Translations under genes and position numbers: made by a program
Shown here: piece by piece, positions 61,523 to 61,795 of the stretch
Layout: every line of letters starts with the position of its first letter
How positions within the stretch are numbered: the stretch's first letter is position 1
NCBI GenBank assembly: GCA_020536535.1
Contig: JAHLWZ010000881.1
Coordinates: forward strand, 1 to 61,795
Direction: 5' to 3'
DNA: 61,795 nucleotides
DNA from: Pelomyxa schiedti
Taxonomy: Eukaryota > Protista > Evosea
The notes under the pieces: generated by a model
The model's database searches: none
Told to the model about the DNA's origin: nothing
The model's input: only the letters and a program-made list of their open reading frames with translations

Positions 61523-61795
61523 ATGTCGTACATGACGGTGCAGCCCTACTACGGGCAGCAATACGTGCCACAACAGCAGCCCCCGGCCTATCCCCAGCAG
61601 CAGTACTCCCCGCTGTATCAGTCCCAGCCACCCCCCAACAACAGCAGGGTAATGTACTCGCAGCCCCCTCCCCCGCCCCCACAGTACGGCCTGGGCTCCT
61701 CCCAGACCCTCTCCTTCTCCTACCAATCTGGGCCCCCTCCTCCCCAACAGCAGCAGCCGCAGCAGCAGCAGGCCTACCAGCCACAGTACCAGCCC
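61523..61795 (+). CDS. 5' fragment of a Pro/Gln/Tyr-rich protein, truncated by the window edge
   Basis: ATG 61523, open to the window end: MSYMTVQPYYGQQYVPQQQPPAYPQQQY... Confidence 0.6.
   Translation, partial: MSYMTVQPYYGQQYVPQQQPPAYPQQQYSPLYQSQPPPNNSRVMYSQPPPPPPQYGLGSSQTLSFSYQSGPPPPQQQQPQQQQAYQPQYQP

Overview
Gene-dense, intron-rich eukaryotic DNA in the standard genetic code, not prokaryotic. About 24 protein-coding genes can be reconstructed by hand-splicing short (mostly ~40-60 nt) GT-AG introns, so the six-frame ORF track fragments or misses most of them. The mix of core eukaryotic genes (TFIP11, RPL23, DIS3L-like, BRSK-like kinase, ACAP, Mei2-like, 4E-BP, CEPT) with intron-bearing, bacterial-type anaerobic redox genes suggests an anaerobic protist, possibly an archamoeba. 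That taxon call is inference only. The top candidate is a 9-intron gene (11149-16745, minus) with the fused activator-activator-DUF2229-dehydratase architecture of the bacterial oxygen-independent plasmalogen synthase PlsA/PlsR, plus an added C-terminal membrane anchor. It may represent an anaerobic plasmalogen pathway in a eukaryote. Other highlights are a spliced stand-alone BFD-like [2Fe-2S] protein absent from the ORF track, a flavodoxin, an RCC1-F-box-ARF fusion with altered catalytic residues and an 8-nt micro-exon, a NADAR hydrolase, a TmcB-like PAS adenylyl cyclase and an EH-like membrane protein. No rRNA, tRNA, CRISPR array or mobile element was recognised. Exon boundaries were deduced by eye, and no database searches were run.
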